Source: an uncultured virus (IMG/VR IMGVR_UViG_3300001460_000017) (taxonomy: Duplodnaviria; Heunggongvirae; Uroviricota; Caudoviricetes). From it: 64,000 nt of DNA. Of this stretch, positions 7,358-17,944 are shown one piece after another. The notes under the pieces were generated by a model. That model was not told where the DNA came from. It saw nothing but the letters and a program-made list of their open reading frames with translations, and did no database searches. Position 1 is the first letter of the stretch. Every line of letters starts with the position of its first letter. The position numbers and the translations under genes are program-made. The DNA lies in the IMG/VR virus record IMGVR_UViG_3300001460_000017. One strand, 5' to 3'.

Positions 7358-10027
7358 ATGAGTTACATAGACGGATACTTTGACAGAAATTCTGATATCA
7401 TAAGAGTCGTTGAACGACAAAACAAAGAAAGAATATTCAAAGAATATCCAATCAAATATACATTCTATCATGAAGATCCAGGCGGCAAGTTTAAAAGTAC
7501 CACAGGCAAACCTTTAAGTAGAATTGTTTCCAAGAACACAAAAGATTTTCATAAAGAACTTGCAATTAATAGAAACAAAACATTATTCGAATCAGATATA
7601 AATCCTATCTATCAATGTTTAAGTGAAAACTATTTGAATCAAGATGCACCTGATTTGAATATAGCATTTTTTGATATTGAAGCAGACTTTGATCCTGAAA
7701 AAGGATTTAGTCAACCCAGCGATCCTTTCATGCCAATCACAGCAATCACAGTTTCATTACAATGGCTAGGCACTATGGTTACGTTTGCTATACCACCTAA
7801 AACAATGGACATAACAGAAGCCAAAGAACTTACAAAAGGCATAGAAAATGTGTATCTTTACAAAGACGAAGCAGATATGCTCAAAGCATTTTTAGATATC
7901 ATTGAAGATGCTGATGTAATATCAGGATGGAATTCAGAAGGTTATGACTTACCATACATCATAAACAGAATTAAAAAAGTAATGAGCAAAGATGACACAA
8001 GACGTTTGTGTTTGTGGAAACAAATGCCTAAGAAAAGAACTTTTGAAAGATATGGTAGAGAACAAGAAACATATGACTTGGTTGGTAGAGTGCATTTAGA
8101 TTCACTAGAACTTTACAGAAAATACACATATGAAGAAAGACATTCTTATAGACTAGATGCTATTGGTGAACATGAAATAGGTGAAAAGAAAACTGTGTAT
8201 GAAGGCAGTTTGGATCAACTTTACAATCAAGACTTCAGAACATTTATAGAATACAACAGACAAGACGTTGCACTGTTGGATAAAATGGATCAAAAGTTAA
8301 AATTTATAGCACTATCAAATGAACTGGCACACGCCAATACAGTATTACTTCAAACTACTCTAGGAGCAGTTGCAGTTACAGAACAAGCAATTATAAATGA
8401 AGCACACAGACGAGGAGTACAAGTACCCAACAGACCAAAGAGAGAAGAAAATTCAACAACTGCCGCAGGTGCTTATGTGGCATATCCAAGAAAAGGATTA
8501 CATAGTTGGATAGGATCAATGGATATTAATTCACTATACCCTTCTGTAATTAGAGCCTTGAACATGGCTCCTGAATGTGTAATGGGACAACTGAGACCAA
8601 CATACACAGATGACTATATTGAAGAACAAATAACGTTGCAAAAAAAATCATTTGCTGGTGCATGGGAAAATCATTTTGGATCATTAGAATATGATGCTGT
8701 AATGGAAAAAAGAAAAGATATCAGTATTAATGTAGACTGGGAAGATGGCAAATCAGATGTTATGAGTGGTGCTGAAATTTACAAAATGATATTCGAAAGT
8801 AACAATCCAATGATGATAAGTGCAAACGGAACAATATTTACAAGCGAGTTTGAAGGTGTAATACCTGGACTACTTGCACGTTGGTATAAAGAAAGAAAAG
8901 ATATGCAGGCTATGTTGAAGAAAGCCAAAGAAGCAAAAAACGATGCAGAAATAGAATTCTGGGATAAAAGACAACTTGTTAAAAAGATTAACCTAAACAG
9001 TTTGTATGGTGCTATTCTTAATCCTGGTTGTAGATTCTTTGATAAACGTATTGGACAATCAACTACACTGTCAGGTAGACAGATATCTAAACACATGGCA
9101 TCCAAGATCAATGAAGTGATAACAGGTGAATACAACCATGTTGGTAAAGCAATGATATATGGTGATACAGATTCAGCATACTTTTCAGCATATGAAGTAT
9201 TGAAAAAAGAAATAGACGAAGGAAAAATTCCTTGGACTAAAGAAAGTGTTGTAAAATTGTATGATCAAGTGGCAGGTGAAGTGAACAATTCATTTAAAAA
9301 GTTTATGGGACAAGCATTTCATTGTATGAGATCAAGAGCAGAAGTTATTCAAGCAGGTAGAGAAAGTGTGGCAACATCAGGTTTGTTTATTACAAAGAAA
9401 AGATATGCCATATTGATATATGACTTAGAAGGATTCAGAACTGATCAAGACGGAAAAAGTGGCAAAATTAAAGCAATGGGACTAGATTTAAAAAGATCAG
9501 ATACTCCTGTTTATATTCAAAGTTTTTTATCTGAATTATTATTAATGGTGCTGAACAATAACACAGAAGAACAAGTGTTGGATAAAATCACACAATTCAG
9601 AAATGAGTTTAAAACTAGACCTGGCTGGGAGAAAGGATCTCCACGTAGAGCAAACAACATAGGCGAATATGCTAAAAAAGAAGCACGTCAAGGTAAAGCA
9701 AATATGCCTGGACACGTTAGAGCAAGTATCAACTGGAACACACTTAAACGTATGAACAGCGACAAGTATTCACAAGAAATTATGGATGGCATGAAAGTAA
9801 TTGTATGTAAATTGAAAAAGAATCCATTGGACTTTACTAGTGTTGCATATCCTGTAGACGAATTGCATATTCCACAATGGTTTAAAGAATTGCCATTTGA
9901 TGATGCTACAATGGAAAGCACAATAATTGATAACAAATTAGGCAACTTGCTTGGAGTATTAGGTTGGGATATCAAGTCAACTGAAAGCAAAAATACATTT
10001 AACAACCTATTTGATTTTGGAGGATAG
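7358..10027 (+). CDS. DNA polymerase family B (T4 gp43-like)
   Basis: Exo I FFDIEAD; DINSLYPS, KINLNSLYG, YGDTDS, KKRYA; C-terminal NNLFDF clamp-binding-like motif. Confidence 0.95.
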   Translation: MSYIDGYFDRNSDIIRVVERQNKERIFKEYPIKYTFYHEDPGGKFKSTTGKPLSRIVSKNTKDFHKELAINRNKTLFESDINPIYQCLSENYLNQDAPDLNIAFFDIEADFDPEKGFSQPSDPFMPITAITVSLQWLGTMVTFAIPPKTMDITEAKELTKGIENVYLYKDEADMLKAFLDIIEDADVISGWNSEGYDLPYIINRIKKVMSKDDTRRLCLWKQMPKKRTFERYGREQETYDLVGRVHLDSLELYRKYTYEERHSYRLDAIGEHEIGEKKTVYEGSLDQLYNQDFRTFIEYNRQDVALLDKMDQKLKFIALSNELAHANTVLLQTTLGAVAVTEQAIINEAHRRGVQVPNRPKREENSTTAAGAYVAYPRKGLHSWIGSMDINSLYPSVIRALNMAPECVMGQLRPTYTDDYIEEQITLQKKSFAGAWENHFGSLEYDAVMEKRKDISINVDWEDGKSDVMSGAEIYKMIFESNNPMMISANGTIFTSEFEGVIPGLLARWYKERKDMQAMLKKAKEAKNDAEIEFWDKRQLVKKINLNSLYGAILNPGCRFFDKRIGQSTTLSGRQISKHMASKINEVITGEYNHVGKAMIYGDTDSAYFSAYEVLKKEIDEGKIPWTKESVVKLYDQVAGEVNNSFKKFMGQAFHCMRSRAEVIQAGRESVATSGLFITKKRYAILIYDLEGFRTDQDGKSGKIKAMGLDLKRSDTPVYIQSFLSELLLMVLNNNTEEQVLDKITQFRNEFKTRPGWEKGSPRRANNIGEYAKKEARQGKANMPGHVRASINWNTLKRMNSDKYSQEIMDGMKVIVCKLKKNPLDFTSVAYPVDELHIPQWFKELPFDDATMESTIIDNKLGNLLGVLGWDIKSTESKNTFNNLFDFGG

Positions 10028-10576
10028 ATGGCTGTACACGGAATGATAGATTTAGAAACATTAAGCACCAGACCAGATGCTACTGTATTGACATTGGGTG
10101 CTATAAAGTTTGATCCTTACACAGATTCAGAACCACACGCAGGATTGTACCTACGAGTAGATGTAGATGAACAAAGTGAATTAAGTCGACACGTTGATGA
10201 AGGCACTTTAGAATGGTGGGGTCGACAAGATGAAAAAATTAGAGATGAAGCACTAGGAGATGAAGATAGAGTTTCATTAAACAGTATGGTAAAACAATTA
10301 AACAAATGGTGTGTAGGCATAGACGAATTATGGTGCCAAGGTCCACTTTTTGATTACGCCATATTACAGAATTTGTATGCTCAATTGGGACAACCAGTCC
10401 CATGGAACTATTGGCAAATTAGAGATTCAAGAACTCTATTCAATATGTTACCAAAAGATCCAAGAAAAGACATACAAATGTCACTACACAACGCATTGGC
10501 TGATTGTTATTTTCAAGCCAAAAGTGTGCAGAAGGCTTATAAACATTTTGGAGTGAAATCAAGATGGAACAATTAG
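10028..10576 (+). CDS. DEDD 3'-5' exonuclease
   Basis: MIDLETL, FDYAIL, RDSRT, HNALAD motifs. Confidence 0.85.
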   Translation: MAVHGMIDLETLSTRPDATVLTLGAIKFDPYTDSEPHAGLYLRVDVDEQSELSRHVDEGTLEWWGRQDEKIRDEALGDEDRVSLNSMVKQLNKWCVGIDELWCQGPLFDYAILQNLYAQLGQPVPWNYWQIRDSRTLFNMLPKDPRKDIQMSLHNALADCYFQAKSVQKAYKHFGVKSRWNN

Positions 10577-10579
10577 TCA

Positions 10580-10608
10580 TTGACTTTTCGTCAAAACCTA
10601 AATATAAT
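10580..10608 (+). promoter_or_regulatory. sigma70-type promoter
   Basis: TTGACT-17 nt-TATAAT. Confidence 0.75.
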
Positions 10609-10631
10609 GTAATAAACAGGAGAATAATAAT

Positions 10632-11360
10632 ATGAAAGACATCTTACAAGACATCGTTGCACATACACATTCGCTAGGATTTCTTAGCCTTGTAAAAGTA
10701 AGCAATGAAGAACAAACAAAAATAGAAAGTATGGCTGAAGACAGATCAGTTATTCTTTCAGCAAACACAAATAATAAAGTAAATGAATTTGATGGTGTAT
10801 TTGGTATGCCTAATTTAGACAAATTGGCTTTGCACTTGAAATGTCCAGAGTATCAAAAAGAAGCAAAGATCGAAGTTAAGTCAGCAGAGAGAAATGGCAA
10901 AACTATTCCAACGCATATTCACTTTGAAAATGCAGGTGGTGATTTTAAAAATGATTACAGATTTATGAGTACTGAAATTATTAATGAAAAATTAAAATCT
11001 GTTAAATTTAAAGGATCTAATTGGGATATTGATTTTGAACCTAAACTTGCGGCAATACAAAGATTAAAATTACAGGCGGCGGCACACGTTGAAGAAACTG
11101 TGTTTACTGTGAAGACAGAAAATAATACATTGATGTTTTATTTTGGTGATGCTAATTCACACGCAGGATCATTTGTATTTCAATCTGATATAACAGGTGA
11201 ATTAAAAAACACTTGGAGTTGGCCGATACAACAAGTAATCAGTATTTTAAGTCTTGATGGGAAAGTTAAAATGAGTATTTCTGATCAAGGAGCAATGCAG
11301 ATTACAGTAGATAGTGGAATTGGTGAATACAATTACATATTGCCTGCACAAACAAAGTAG
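10632..11360 (+). CDS. putative DNA sliding clamp (gp45/PCNA-like)
   Basis: 242 aa two-domain alpha/beta pattern ending YNYILPA; next to polymerase. Confidence 0.6.
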   Translation: MKDILQDIVAHTHSLGFLSLVKVSNEEQTKIESMAEDRSVILSANTNNKVNEFDGVFGMPNLDKLALHLKCPEYQKEAKIEVKSAERNGKTIPTHIHFENAGGDFKNDYRFMSTEIINEKLKSVKFKGSNWDIDFEPKLAAIQRLKLQAAAHVEETVFTVKTENNTLMFYFGDANSHAGSFVFQSDITGELKNTWSWPIQQVISILSLDGKVKMSISDQGAMQITVDSGIGEYNYILPAQTK

Positions 11361-11363
11361 TAT

Positions 11364-12842
11364 ATGGATAAGAAGATACCAACTGATAATCTAACTGAAA
11401 AGCAGAAAGACTATGCAACTTTTCTTCCTGCATTAAGCAGTTTTTATGCTAGGGATCTTGGTAAAGCAAGACATCAAGAAGACTACATAAAACCTGAAAG
11501 AGTACCTCAAAACTTTGAACATGGTGTTGAAGGAATGAATTATATGAGTTCCAAAGACACTTATTTCTATTACAAGTGGCATTTATATTCGGCGGGTCAT
11601 GCTGATTTGAATATGGATCACTTTTCTGTAAGAGACGATATTATTAGAAATAGAGACAGAAAAGACAATTGGGTACTTGGCGATTCAGGTGGTTTCCAGA
11701 TTGGTAAAGGTGTTTGGGAAGGTGATTGGAAAGATTCTAATTGTCCTAAGGCTAAAAAGAAACGTGAACAAGTGTTGGCGTTTATGGATGGTAATATGGA
11801 CTATGGTATGATATTGGATATACCTGCTTGGGTATCTCGTTCTCCTGCGGGTGCGGCGGCAAGTAAAATCAGTTCATATCAAGAAGCAGTTGATGGTACA
11901 AAAATTAACAACGACTATTTTATGAAAAATAGAAATGGTAATTGTAAGTTTTTAAATGTACTGCAAGGTGAAAACTTCCAACAAGCAGACGATTGGTACA
12001 CACAAATGAAAGACTATTGTGATCCAAAGATACATCCTAGCACACACTTTAATGGTTGGGCAATGGGTGGTCAGAATATGTGTGATATACACTTGGCATT
12101 GAAACGTCTAGTGGCTTTAAGATTTGACGGCTTACTAGAAAAAGGTGTACATGATGTGATGCACTTCTTAGGTACAAGTAAATTAGAGTGGGCAGTGCTA
12201 CTAACAGATGTTCAAAGAGCAATTAGAAAGTATCACAATCCAAACTTTATGATTACATTTGATTGTGCTTCACCTTTTTTAGCAAGTGCAAACGGACAGA
12301 TATACACTGATATTGAAATTGAAGACAAAAAGAAATGGACTTATAGAATGCAACCAAGTGTTGATAATAAAGATTTCTCAACTGAAACAAAATTGTTTAG
12401 AGATGCTGTATTAGAAAAAGGCATCTTTAATAATTTTTTAGACAGTGCAGTTAGCAAAAGATTAATGCTGAAAGATGTCACTTGTTACAAGCCTGGTGAT
12501 TTAAACAAAATGGGTAACGAAGGTAAAACTTCTTGGGACTCATTCAGTTATACACTACAAATGGCACACAATGTTTGGACACATATTTCAGCAGTACAAG
12601 AAGCAAATAGAAAATATGATGCTGGTTTAAATCCTAAAATGCTGGTTGAAGAAAAATTTGATAGAATTGCTTTTAGAGATATTGTAAATGCTATATTTGC
12701 CACAAGCAGTAGAGATGAGGCAAACATGGTAATCGAAGAGTTTTCAAGATTCTGGATGTCAATTATTGGCACTAGAGGTGCAACAGGTAAAAAGACTGTG
12801 AACGCAAGTACACAGTTTTCTAATCTATTTGAGGAGGGATAA
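11364..12842 (+). CDS. dpdA: tRNA-guanine transglycosylase-fold protein, probable DNA 7-deazaguanine insertase (DpdA-like)
   Basis: TGT motifs GDSGGFQ, ILDIP, VLQG, GWAMGG, HFLG, TFDCAS; clustered with queD/folE/queE. Confidence 0.75.
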   Translation: MDKKIPTDNLTEKQKDYATFLPALSSFYARDLGKARHQEDYIKPERVPQNFEHGVEGMNYMSSKDTYFYYKWHLYSAGHADLNMDHFSVRDDIIRNRDRKDNWVLGDSGGFQIGKGVWEGDWKDSNCPKAKKKREQVLAFMDGNMDYGMILDIPAWVSRSPAGAAASKISSYQEAVDGTKINNDYFMKNRNGNCKFLNVLQGENFQQADDWYTQMKDYCDPKIHPSTHFNGWAMGGQNMCDIHLALKRLVALRFDGLLEKGVHDVMHFLGTSKLEWAVLLTDVQRAIRKYHNPNFMITFDCASPFLASANGQIYTDIEIEDKKKWTYRMQPSVDNKDFSTETKLFRDAVLEKGIFNNFLDSAVSKRLMLKDVTCYKPGDLNKMGNEGKTSWDSFSYTLQMAHNVWTHISAVQEANRKYDAGLNPKMLVEEKFDRIAFRDIVNAIFATSSRDEANMVIEEFSRFWMSIIGTRGATGKKTVNASTQFSNLFEEG

Positions 12843-12843
12843 A

Positions 12844-13032
12844 ATGGCAAATAAAAGTAAAAAAGTAAAAGCAATCGAGAAAGAGTACCACTGGTACAAA
12901 GGAAAAGTAGACCAAATGGAATCAGAACGTTCATATGATAGATCATGGGACGGCAAACAACTACTTTTAAAATTTAAAAAAATGAAACTGTTTTTGAAAA
13001 CACAGTTAAAGAAAATGCAGGAAACACTATAA
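12844..13032 (+). CDS. small basic hypothetical protein
   Basis: Start re-called to ATG 12844 after GAGGAGG. Confidence 0.6.
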   Translation: MANKSKKVKAIEKEYHWYKGKVDQMESERSYDRSWDGKQLLLKFKKMKLFLKTQLKKMQETL

Positions 13033-13035
13033 GCA

Positions 13036-13947
13036 ATGAAAAGTTTGGTTGTTGGATTAGGATTCGGACAGTTATACGTCAACATTCTTAAAAGAATGGG
13101 ACATGAAGTTATCACTGTGGATATAAATCCTGATTCTAATGCAGACTTCACAGAACTTACAACAGCCATATCTGCTCACAACTCATTCGATACTGCTCAT
13201 GTATGTGTACCTAATCATTTACACTACAAGACAGCATTAAAATTAGCAGATCATACAAAGATTGTGTTTGTAGAGAAGCCAGGTGTAGAAACAATTAATC
13301 ACTGGCGATTGCTTACGAACCTAAATAAGTCAACAAGATTTATGATGACAAAGAACAATCAGTGGAGAAACAATATCAAACAGATAGCAGAAAATTGTGA
13401 AGCAAGTGATATGATACAGATTAATTGGGTAAACAAAAATAGAATTCCAGGACCTGGAACATGGTTTACAGATAAGAGCAAAGCATTTGGTGGTGTGAGT
13501 AGAGATCTGTTACCTCACTTAATGAGTATAATGATGTCTGTAAACAAAAACACGTATCAAGATTTTAAAGTCCAAAAGTATCACACAGAGCAAAGATGGA
13601 ACTTGTCGGATTGTACAGGCACAGATTATGGTGTTGTCAATGAAAATGGAGTTTATGATGTAGATGATTCAGCCACTATGGAATTGACAGATGGTAACAA
13701 AACCTATATACTGTATGCTAATTGGAAAAATAACTTACACGATGACATGGCTATACATTTTTACAAAAACGGAGAATCGCATTTAGAATCAATATCTTTA
13801 GGATTATGTCCAGAACAAGCATATGAAGAAATGATTAAAAACAGTTTGATACATCTAGAAGATGATATTTTCTGGAACAATCAATTAGAACAAGATTTAT
13901 ACATACAGGAAAAAATTAATGACAAAAGTAAAGATATTATACACTGA
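13036..13947 (+). CDS. Gfo/Idh/MocA family NAD(P) oxidoreductase
   Basis: VVGLGFG Rossmann motif, VEKPG, GGVSRDLLPH. Confidence 0.85.
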   Translation: MKSLVVGLGFGQLYVNILKRMGHEVITVDINPDSNADFTELTTAISAHNSFDTAHVCVPNHLHYKTALKLADHTKIVFVEKPGVETINHWRLLTNLNKSTRFMMTKNNQWRNNIKQIAENCEASDMIQINWVNKNRIPGPGTWFTDKSKAFGGVSRDLLPHLMSIMMSVNKNTYQDFKVQKYHTEQRWNLSDCTGTDYGVVNENGVYDVDDSATMELTDGNKTYILYANWKNNLHDDMAIHFYKNGESHLESISLGLCPEQAYEEMIKNSLIHLEDDIFWNNQLEQDLYIQEKINDKSKDIIH

Positions 13948-14821
13948 AGGTAAAGGTGAATTCAAAGAAGGTGAATTTGAAGTGCCTGATATTAAACCTG
14001 ATCAAATAAAAGTAAAAAGCATCTATACAGGTGTATGTAGAAGTGATATAGATATGATGAACGGTGACTTTGGTCCACTTCCTTTGAGTATGCAAGGTCA
14101 TGAAGGTTTAGGTGAAGTATTAGAAATAGGCAGTGAAGTAAAAGACATTGACGTAGGAGATTATGTTGCAACAAGAGGTGAACCTGCTTATGCTGATCAA
14201 TACAATGCTGATAAAGGAACTTATGTTAGTGTTCCTGAAGCAGACCCTAAATACATCATAGAACCAGTTGCTTGTGGTTTGAATGTAGTAATGCAAGAAG
14301 AAGATCAATTTGAAAAACGCAATAGCAAAGATGCAAGAATTGCCATTATAGGCAGTGGGTTTCTATCTTGGGTAGTATATCAATACTTAACTGCCAACTA
14401 TTTCTTTCAAATAGATGTAATAGGCAGTCACAACAAAGAACGTTGGGGGAAGAGTTTGAAAGATAACTTTGAAGGCACTTATGATATTGTGATTGATTTA
14501 AACACTAGAGATGAAGTGTTTGTAAGAGATATCGTAAAACCACAAGGATTAATTGTGCTAGGTGCAGAAAAAACAAACAAAATTACAACATCATTTAGCA
14601 AATTGTTATGGAATGCTGTCACTGTTATATTTCCGTCTCCTAGACAAAAAGATTTTCAAAGATGTATGAAGACAGCAGTGAACATGGTTGAAAAGGGTGC
14701 ATTGAATATAGATAAATTTTGGAGTAAAGGATATGATAGAAAAACTGAATGGCAAGATGCTTTTAAAGAAGGTAATCAAAGAATGCCAGGATACAGCAGA
14801 GGATATATAGAATGGCTTTAG
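13919..14821 (+). CDS. medium-chain (Zn-type alcohol) dehydrogenase
   Basis: GVCRSD, GHEGLGEV, EPVAC, IIGSGFL. Confidence 0.85.
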   Translation: MTKVKILYTEGKGEFKEGEFEVPDIKPDQIKVKSIYTGVCRSDIDMMNGDFGPLPLSMQGHEGLGEVLEIGSEVKDIDVGDYVATRGEPAYADQYNADKGTYVSVPEADPKYIIEPVACGLNVVMQEEDQFEKRNSKDARIAIIGSGFLSWVVYQYLTANYFFQIDVIGSHNKERWGKSLKDNFEGTYDIVIDLNTRDEVFVRDIVKPQGLIVLGAEKTNKITTSFSKLLWNAVTVIFPSPRQKDFQRCMKTAVNMVEKGALNIDKFWSKGYDRKTEWQDAFKEGNQRMPGYSRGYIEWL

Positions 14822-15339
14822 ACACAGCAAAAAGGAAACAGGTAATATATTTCACAGGTACAGAAATAGAAAACACAGTAGCAAAGGGTTGGCAGACATT
14901 ATTTGTGGTAGGTGTTAGACCCGCTGAAGAAATTGAAAAATTGGCAACTGAACACAAAGCAAAGCACATATACTTTGGAACAAGTCAAAGTTTCATTGTT
15001 AATTCTGAAGAAGATTTAAAACCTTGGTATGACATGATTAAATCATTGTTAGATAAGGATTTTTGGATTACTCTTGATTTTGGTATAGAATATATGGAAC
15101 AAGTTACTCAAACAGGATTAATGAGTTATAAAAAGTTTATTCCAATGATAAGTGCCAAAATTCCAAACATTTACAAAGTAAATGGTAATGCTACTCTTAA
15201 AATAGATGATGTGACGTGGGGGCATTCAAACACAGGTGTTTGGAGTAGAAATCTTAATGAAATTACAAAAGATATGCACTATACAGATTGGAAAGAATAT
15301 GTGGGGGACACAGTAATTGACGTTGACACAGACGAATAA
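14812..15339 (+). CDS. hypothetical protein within deazaguanine locus
   Basis: 175 aa ORF overlapping the upstream stop; no recognised motif. Confidence 0.7.
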   Translation: MALDTAKRKQVIYFTGTEIENTVAKGWQTLFVVGVRPAEEIEKLATEHKAKHIYFGTSQSFIVNSEEDLKPWYDMIKSLLDKDFWITLDFGIEYMEQVTQTGLMSYKKFIPMISAKIPNIYKVNGNATLKIDDVTWGHSNTGVWSRNLNEITKDMHYTDWKEYVGDTVIDVDTDE

Positions 15340-15351
15340 AATTGCTATAAT
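15323..15351 (+). promoter_or_regulatory. sigma70-type promoter (leaderless for queD)
   Basis: TTGACA-17 nt-TATAAT; ATG at 15357, no SD. Confidence 0.75.
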
Positions 15352-15356
15352 TAATT

Positions 15357-15740
15357 ATGAATAAAAAAACATTTATATGGGTAACATTTAAAAAAGAAGG
15401 CATTCATAAATATCCTGCGGCATTGGATGATCCAAAGTTAGCAACAGGTGATGAATATGATGTATCATTTTTAGGATATCCTCACAGACATATATTTCAT
15501 TTTAAAGTAGAAATAGAAGTATTTCACGATGATCGAGACATCGAATTTATTCAATTCAAAAGATGGTTAGAAAAACTGTATGCAGAAAAAACTTTACAGT
15601 TAGATTATAAATCTTGCGAAATGATAAGTGATGATCTATATGAAACAATTACTAAAAGATATCCAGGTAGAGAGATTATCATCAACGTTAGCGAAGATGG
15701 TGAGAATGGTAGTGAAACCATCTACCATGTCGAGGGTTAG
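15357..15740 (+). CDS. queD: QueD/PTPS-like T-fold enzyme (6-carboxytetrahydropterin synthase-like)
   Basis: EGIHKY, PHRHIFH, SCEMI, VSEDGE; context with folE/queE. Confidence 0.7.
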   Translation: MNKKTFIWVTFKKEGIHKYPAALDDPKLATGDEYDVSFLGYPHRHIFHFKVEIEVFHDDRDIEFIQFKRWLEKLYAEKTLQLDYKSCEMISDDLYETITKRYPGREIIINVSEDGENGSETIYHVEG

Positions 15741-15743
15741 TCC

Positions 15744-15911
15744 TTGACATACGTGTTCGGCATTATTGCTTTTGTTTGTCTGATAGGGTATAGTATTACT
15801 ATGCCTCATCCATTGACAGGCAATGGCAATGAAATGCTGAGTGACATTTGCTTTATGTCATTCATAGCATTTGCCGGATTAAGTTTTATTTTTAATATGG
15901 AAAACAAATGA
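15744..15911 (+). CDS. 55 aa two-helix membrane protein (absent from ORF track)
   Basis: Hand translation from TTG: MTYVFGIIAFVCLIGYSITMPHPLTGNGNEMLSDICFMSFIAFAGLSFIFNMENK; GAGG upstream; ATGA overlap with next gene. Confidence 0.6.
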   Translation: MTYVFGIIAFVCLIGYSITMPHPLTGNGNEMLSDICFMSFIAFAGLSFIFNMENK

Positions 15912-16984
15912 CAGTTTATATTGTAGATTTAGAAGCAGTTGACACAAGGTACACGAAAGAGTGGAAGTACAACCTTCCTAAACAACTCAAACGTGCTACT
16001 AATTTAGATGTTGTATCTATCAGTGGTGGCGATACTCCACAAGCAACTACACCTGGAGCATTTTTAAACTTTGGTGGTACTAATGTTTACAAAGCCAATC
16101 AAATGCAACAAATAGGTAAACTATTCTGCGATGGAAAAATAAAAGATGGCGATTACTTCTTGTACACAGATGCATGGAATCCAACTGTACTACAATTAAA
16201 GTACATGGCAGAACTGTTAAAAGTAAAAATTAAAATAGGTGGTATGTGGCACGCCGGTTCATATGATCCACAAGACTTTTTAGGCAGATTGATTGGAAGT
16301 GCAGATTGGGTTAGAAACACTGAACAAGCAATGTTTGATGTGTTTGATAATAATTTTTATGCCACAGACTTTCATATTGATTTATTCTGTGAAACATTTA
16401 CAAAAGCAGAACAGTATGTAGGTTTAAATGCTCCAAAAGGTAACAAGGTATGTAGAGTAGGTTGGCCCATGGAGTACATGGAACACACTTTGGATATGTA
16501 TCAGAACATGGATAAGAAAAATATTATTCTTTTTCCGCACAGAATGGCTCCTGAAAAGCAACCTGCTATATTTCAAGATTTAAAAAATTCTTTACCACAA
16601 TATGAATTTATTACGTGTCAAGAAAAGCCTTTAACTAAAAATGAATATCACAACTTACTAGGTCAAGCAAAATTAATGTTCTCTGCTAATTTACAGGAAA
16701 CATTAGGTATCAGTTGGTATGAAGGTGCTATACTTGGAGTTATTCCAATGATGCCTGACAGATTGAGTTATAAAGAAATGGCACTAAATGAATTCTTATA
16801 TCCAAGCGATTGGACCGAGAATATGGAAACTTACAAAAAAAATAAAAAACAGTTAATGGCAAAGATTGAAGACTACATGGAAAATTATTCGAAATATGCT
16901 CCTGCTGTTTTAAAACAAAAAACAAAACTGAGAGATCAATATTTTTCAGGTAACAAACTATATGGAGTAGTATCAAATGGCTAA
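15908..16984 (+). CDS. GT-B fold glycosyltransferase (GT4-like)
   Basis: FPHRMAPEKQP and LQETLGISWYEG (E-x7-E) donor-binding motifs. Confidence 0.8.
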   Translation: MTVYIVDLEAVDTRYTKEWKYNLPKQLKRATNLDVVSISGGDTPQATTPGAFLNFGGTNVYKANQMQQIGKLFCDGKIKDGDYFLYTDAWNPTVLQLKYMAELLKVKIKIGGMWHAGSYDPQDFLGRLIGSADWVRNTEQAMFDVFDNNFYATDFHIDLFCETFTKAEQYVGLNAPKGNKVCRVGWPMEYMEHTLDMYQNMDKKNIILFPHRMAPEKQPAIFQDLKNSLPQYEFITCQEKPLTKNEYHNLLGQAKLMFSANLQETLGISWYEGAILGVIPMMPDRLSYKEMALNEFLYPSDWTENMETYKKNKKQLMAKIEDYMENYSKYAPAVLKQKTKLRDQYFSGNKLYGVVSNG

Positions 16985-17540
16985 AAAAGGTTTATCATCA
17001 CCAGTACCACAAAATCATCTAGCATCGAATGGTGTATATGTTTTGATGGAAGAAATTACAATGGAATCTTGTAGAAATTGTTTAACGTGGATTATGAATC
17101 ATAATCTAGCAGAAACAAGACTTCCACAATTAACTTTAATTATTAATTCACCAGGTGGCGATGTTCACGCCGCATTTGCATTAATTGACACAATGAAAGC
17201 AAGTACTATACCAATTAAAACTGTGGGATTAGGATTAATTGCTTCGTGTGGATTTTTATTATTCATAGCAGGGAAAAAAGGCTCAAGAATATTAACACCC
17301 AACACTGCAATACTATCACACCAATACAGTTGGGGCAGTGCAGGAAAAGAACATGAACTGTATGCAAGAGTTAAAGAGTTTGAATTGAGCACAAATAGAA
17401 TGATAGAACACTACAAAAAATGTATTGGTATGAGCGAGAAGCAAATAAGAGAAATTTTACTTCCACCGCAAGACGTTTGGTTATCTGCCAAAGAAGCAAA
17501 GAGACTTAAAATTTGTGACAAAGTAGAAGAGTTATACTAA
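16977..17540 (+). CDS. clpP: ClpP-like protease subunit
   Basis: INSPGGDV, GLIASCG (Ser), LSHQ (His), QDVWLSAKEA. Confidence 0.85.
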   Translation: MAKKGLSSPVPQNHLASNGVYVLMEEITMESCRNCLTWIMNHNLAETRLPQLTLIINSPGGDVHAAFALIDTMKASTIPIKTVGLGLIASCGFLLFIAGKKGSRILTPNTAILSHQYSWGSAGKEHELYARVKEFELSTNRMIEHYKKCIGMSEKQIREILLPPQDVWLSAKEAKRLKICDKVEELY

Positions 17541-17944
17541 TGCGTGAAGACTTGATGGTGCAACAACAAGTTTCAAACACTTGGCAACACATGGTGGGTG
17601 TTATTTGCTTGAATCAAACTAATCGTAAACAAGTCAAAGCAGTACTGCCTAAACTGTTTAAAAAATGGGCAACGCACACAGAACTTCTCAGTTCTGCAAA
17701 CATTTCTGATCTTGAGAAAATACTCAAGCCATTAGGAATGCAAAAAAGGAAAGCAGAAAGAATATACAGAATGAGTCAACAATTTAGCGGTTGGAACGGT
17801 GATGATGCCACAGAGTTATACGGCATAGGCAAATACGGTTCAGACAGTTATAAATTGTTTTATAAAAATGAAGTACCAACGAATGTTGGTGATCATGAAC
17901 TTAATAGATATATCATAGAGGAGTTAAATTTATATGGCGAGTAA
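17540..17944 (+). CDS. HhH-GPD DNA glycosylase (MBD4-like, minimal)
   Basis: ICLNQT, LKPLG..KRKA, ELYGIGKYGSDSY helix-hairpin-helix. Confidence 0.8.
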   Translation: MREDLMVQQQVSNTWQHMVGVICLNQTNRKQVKAVLPKLFKKWATHTELLSSANISDLEKILKPLGMQKRKAERIYRMSQQFSGWNGDDATELYGIGKYGSDSYKLFYKNEVPTNVGDHELNRYIIEELNLYGE

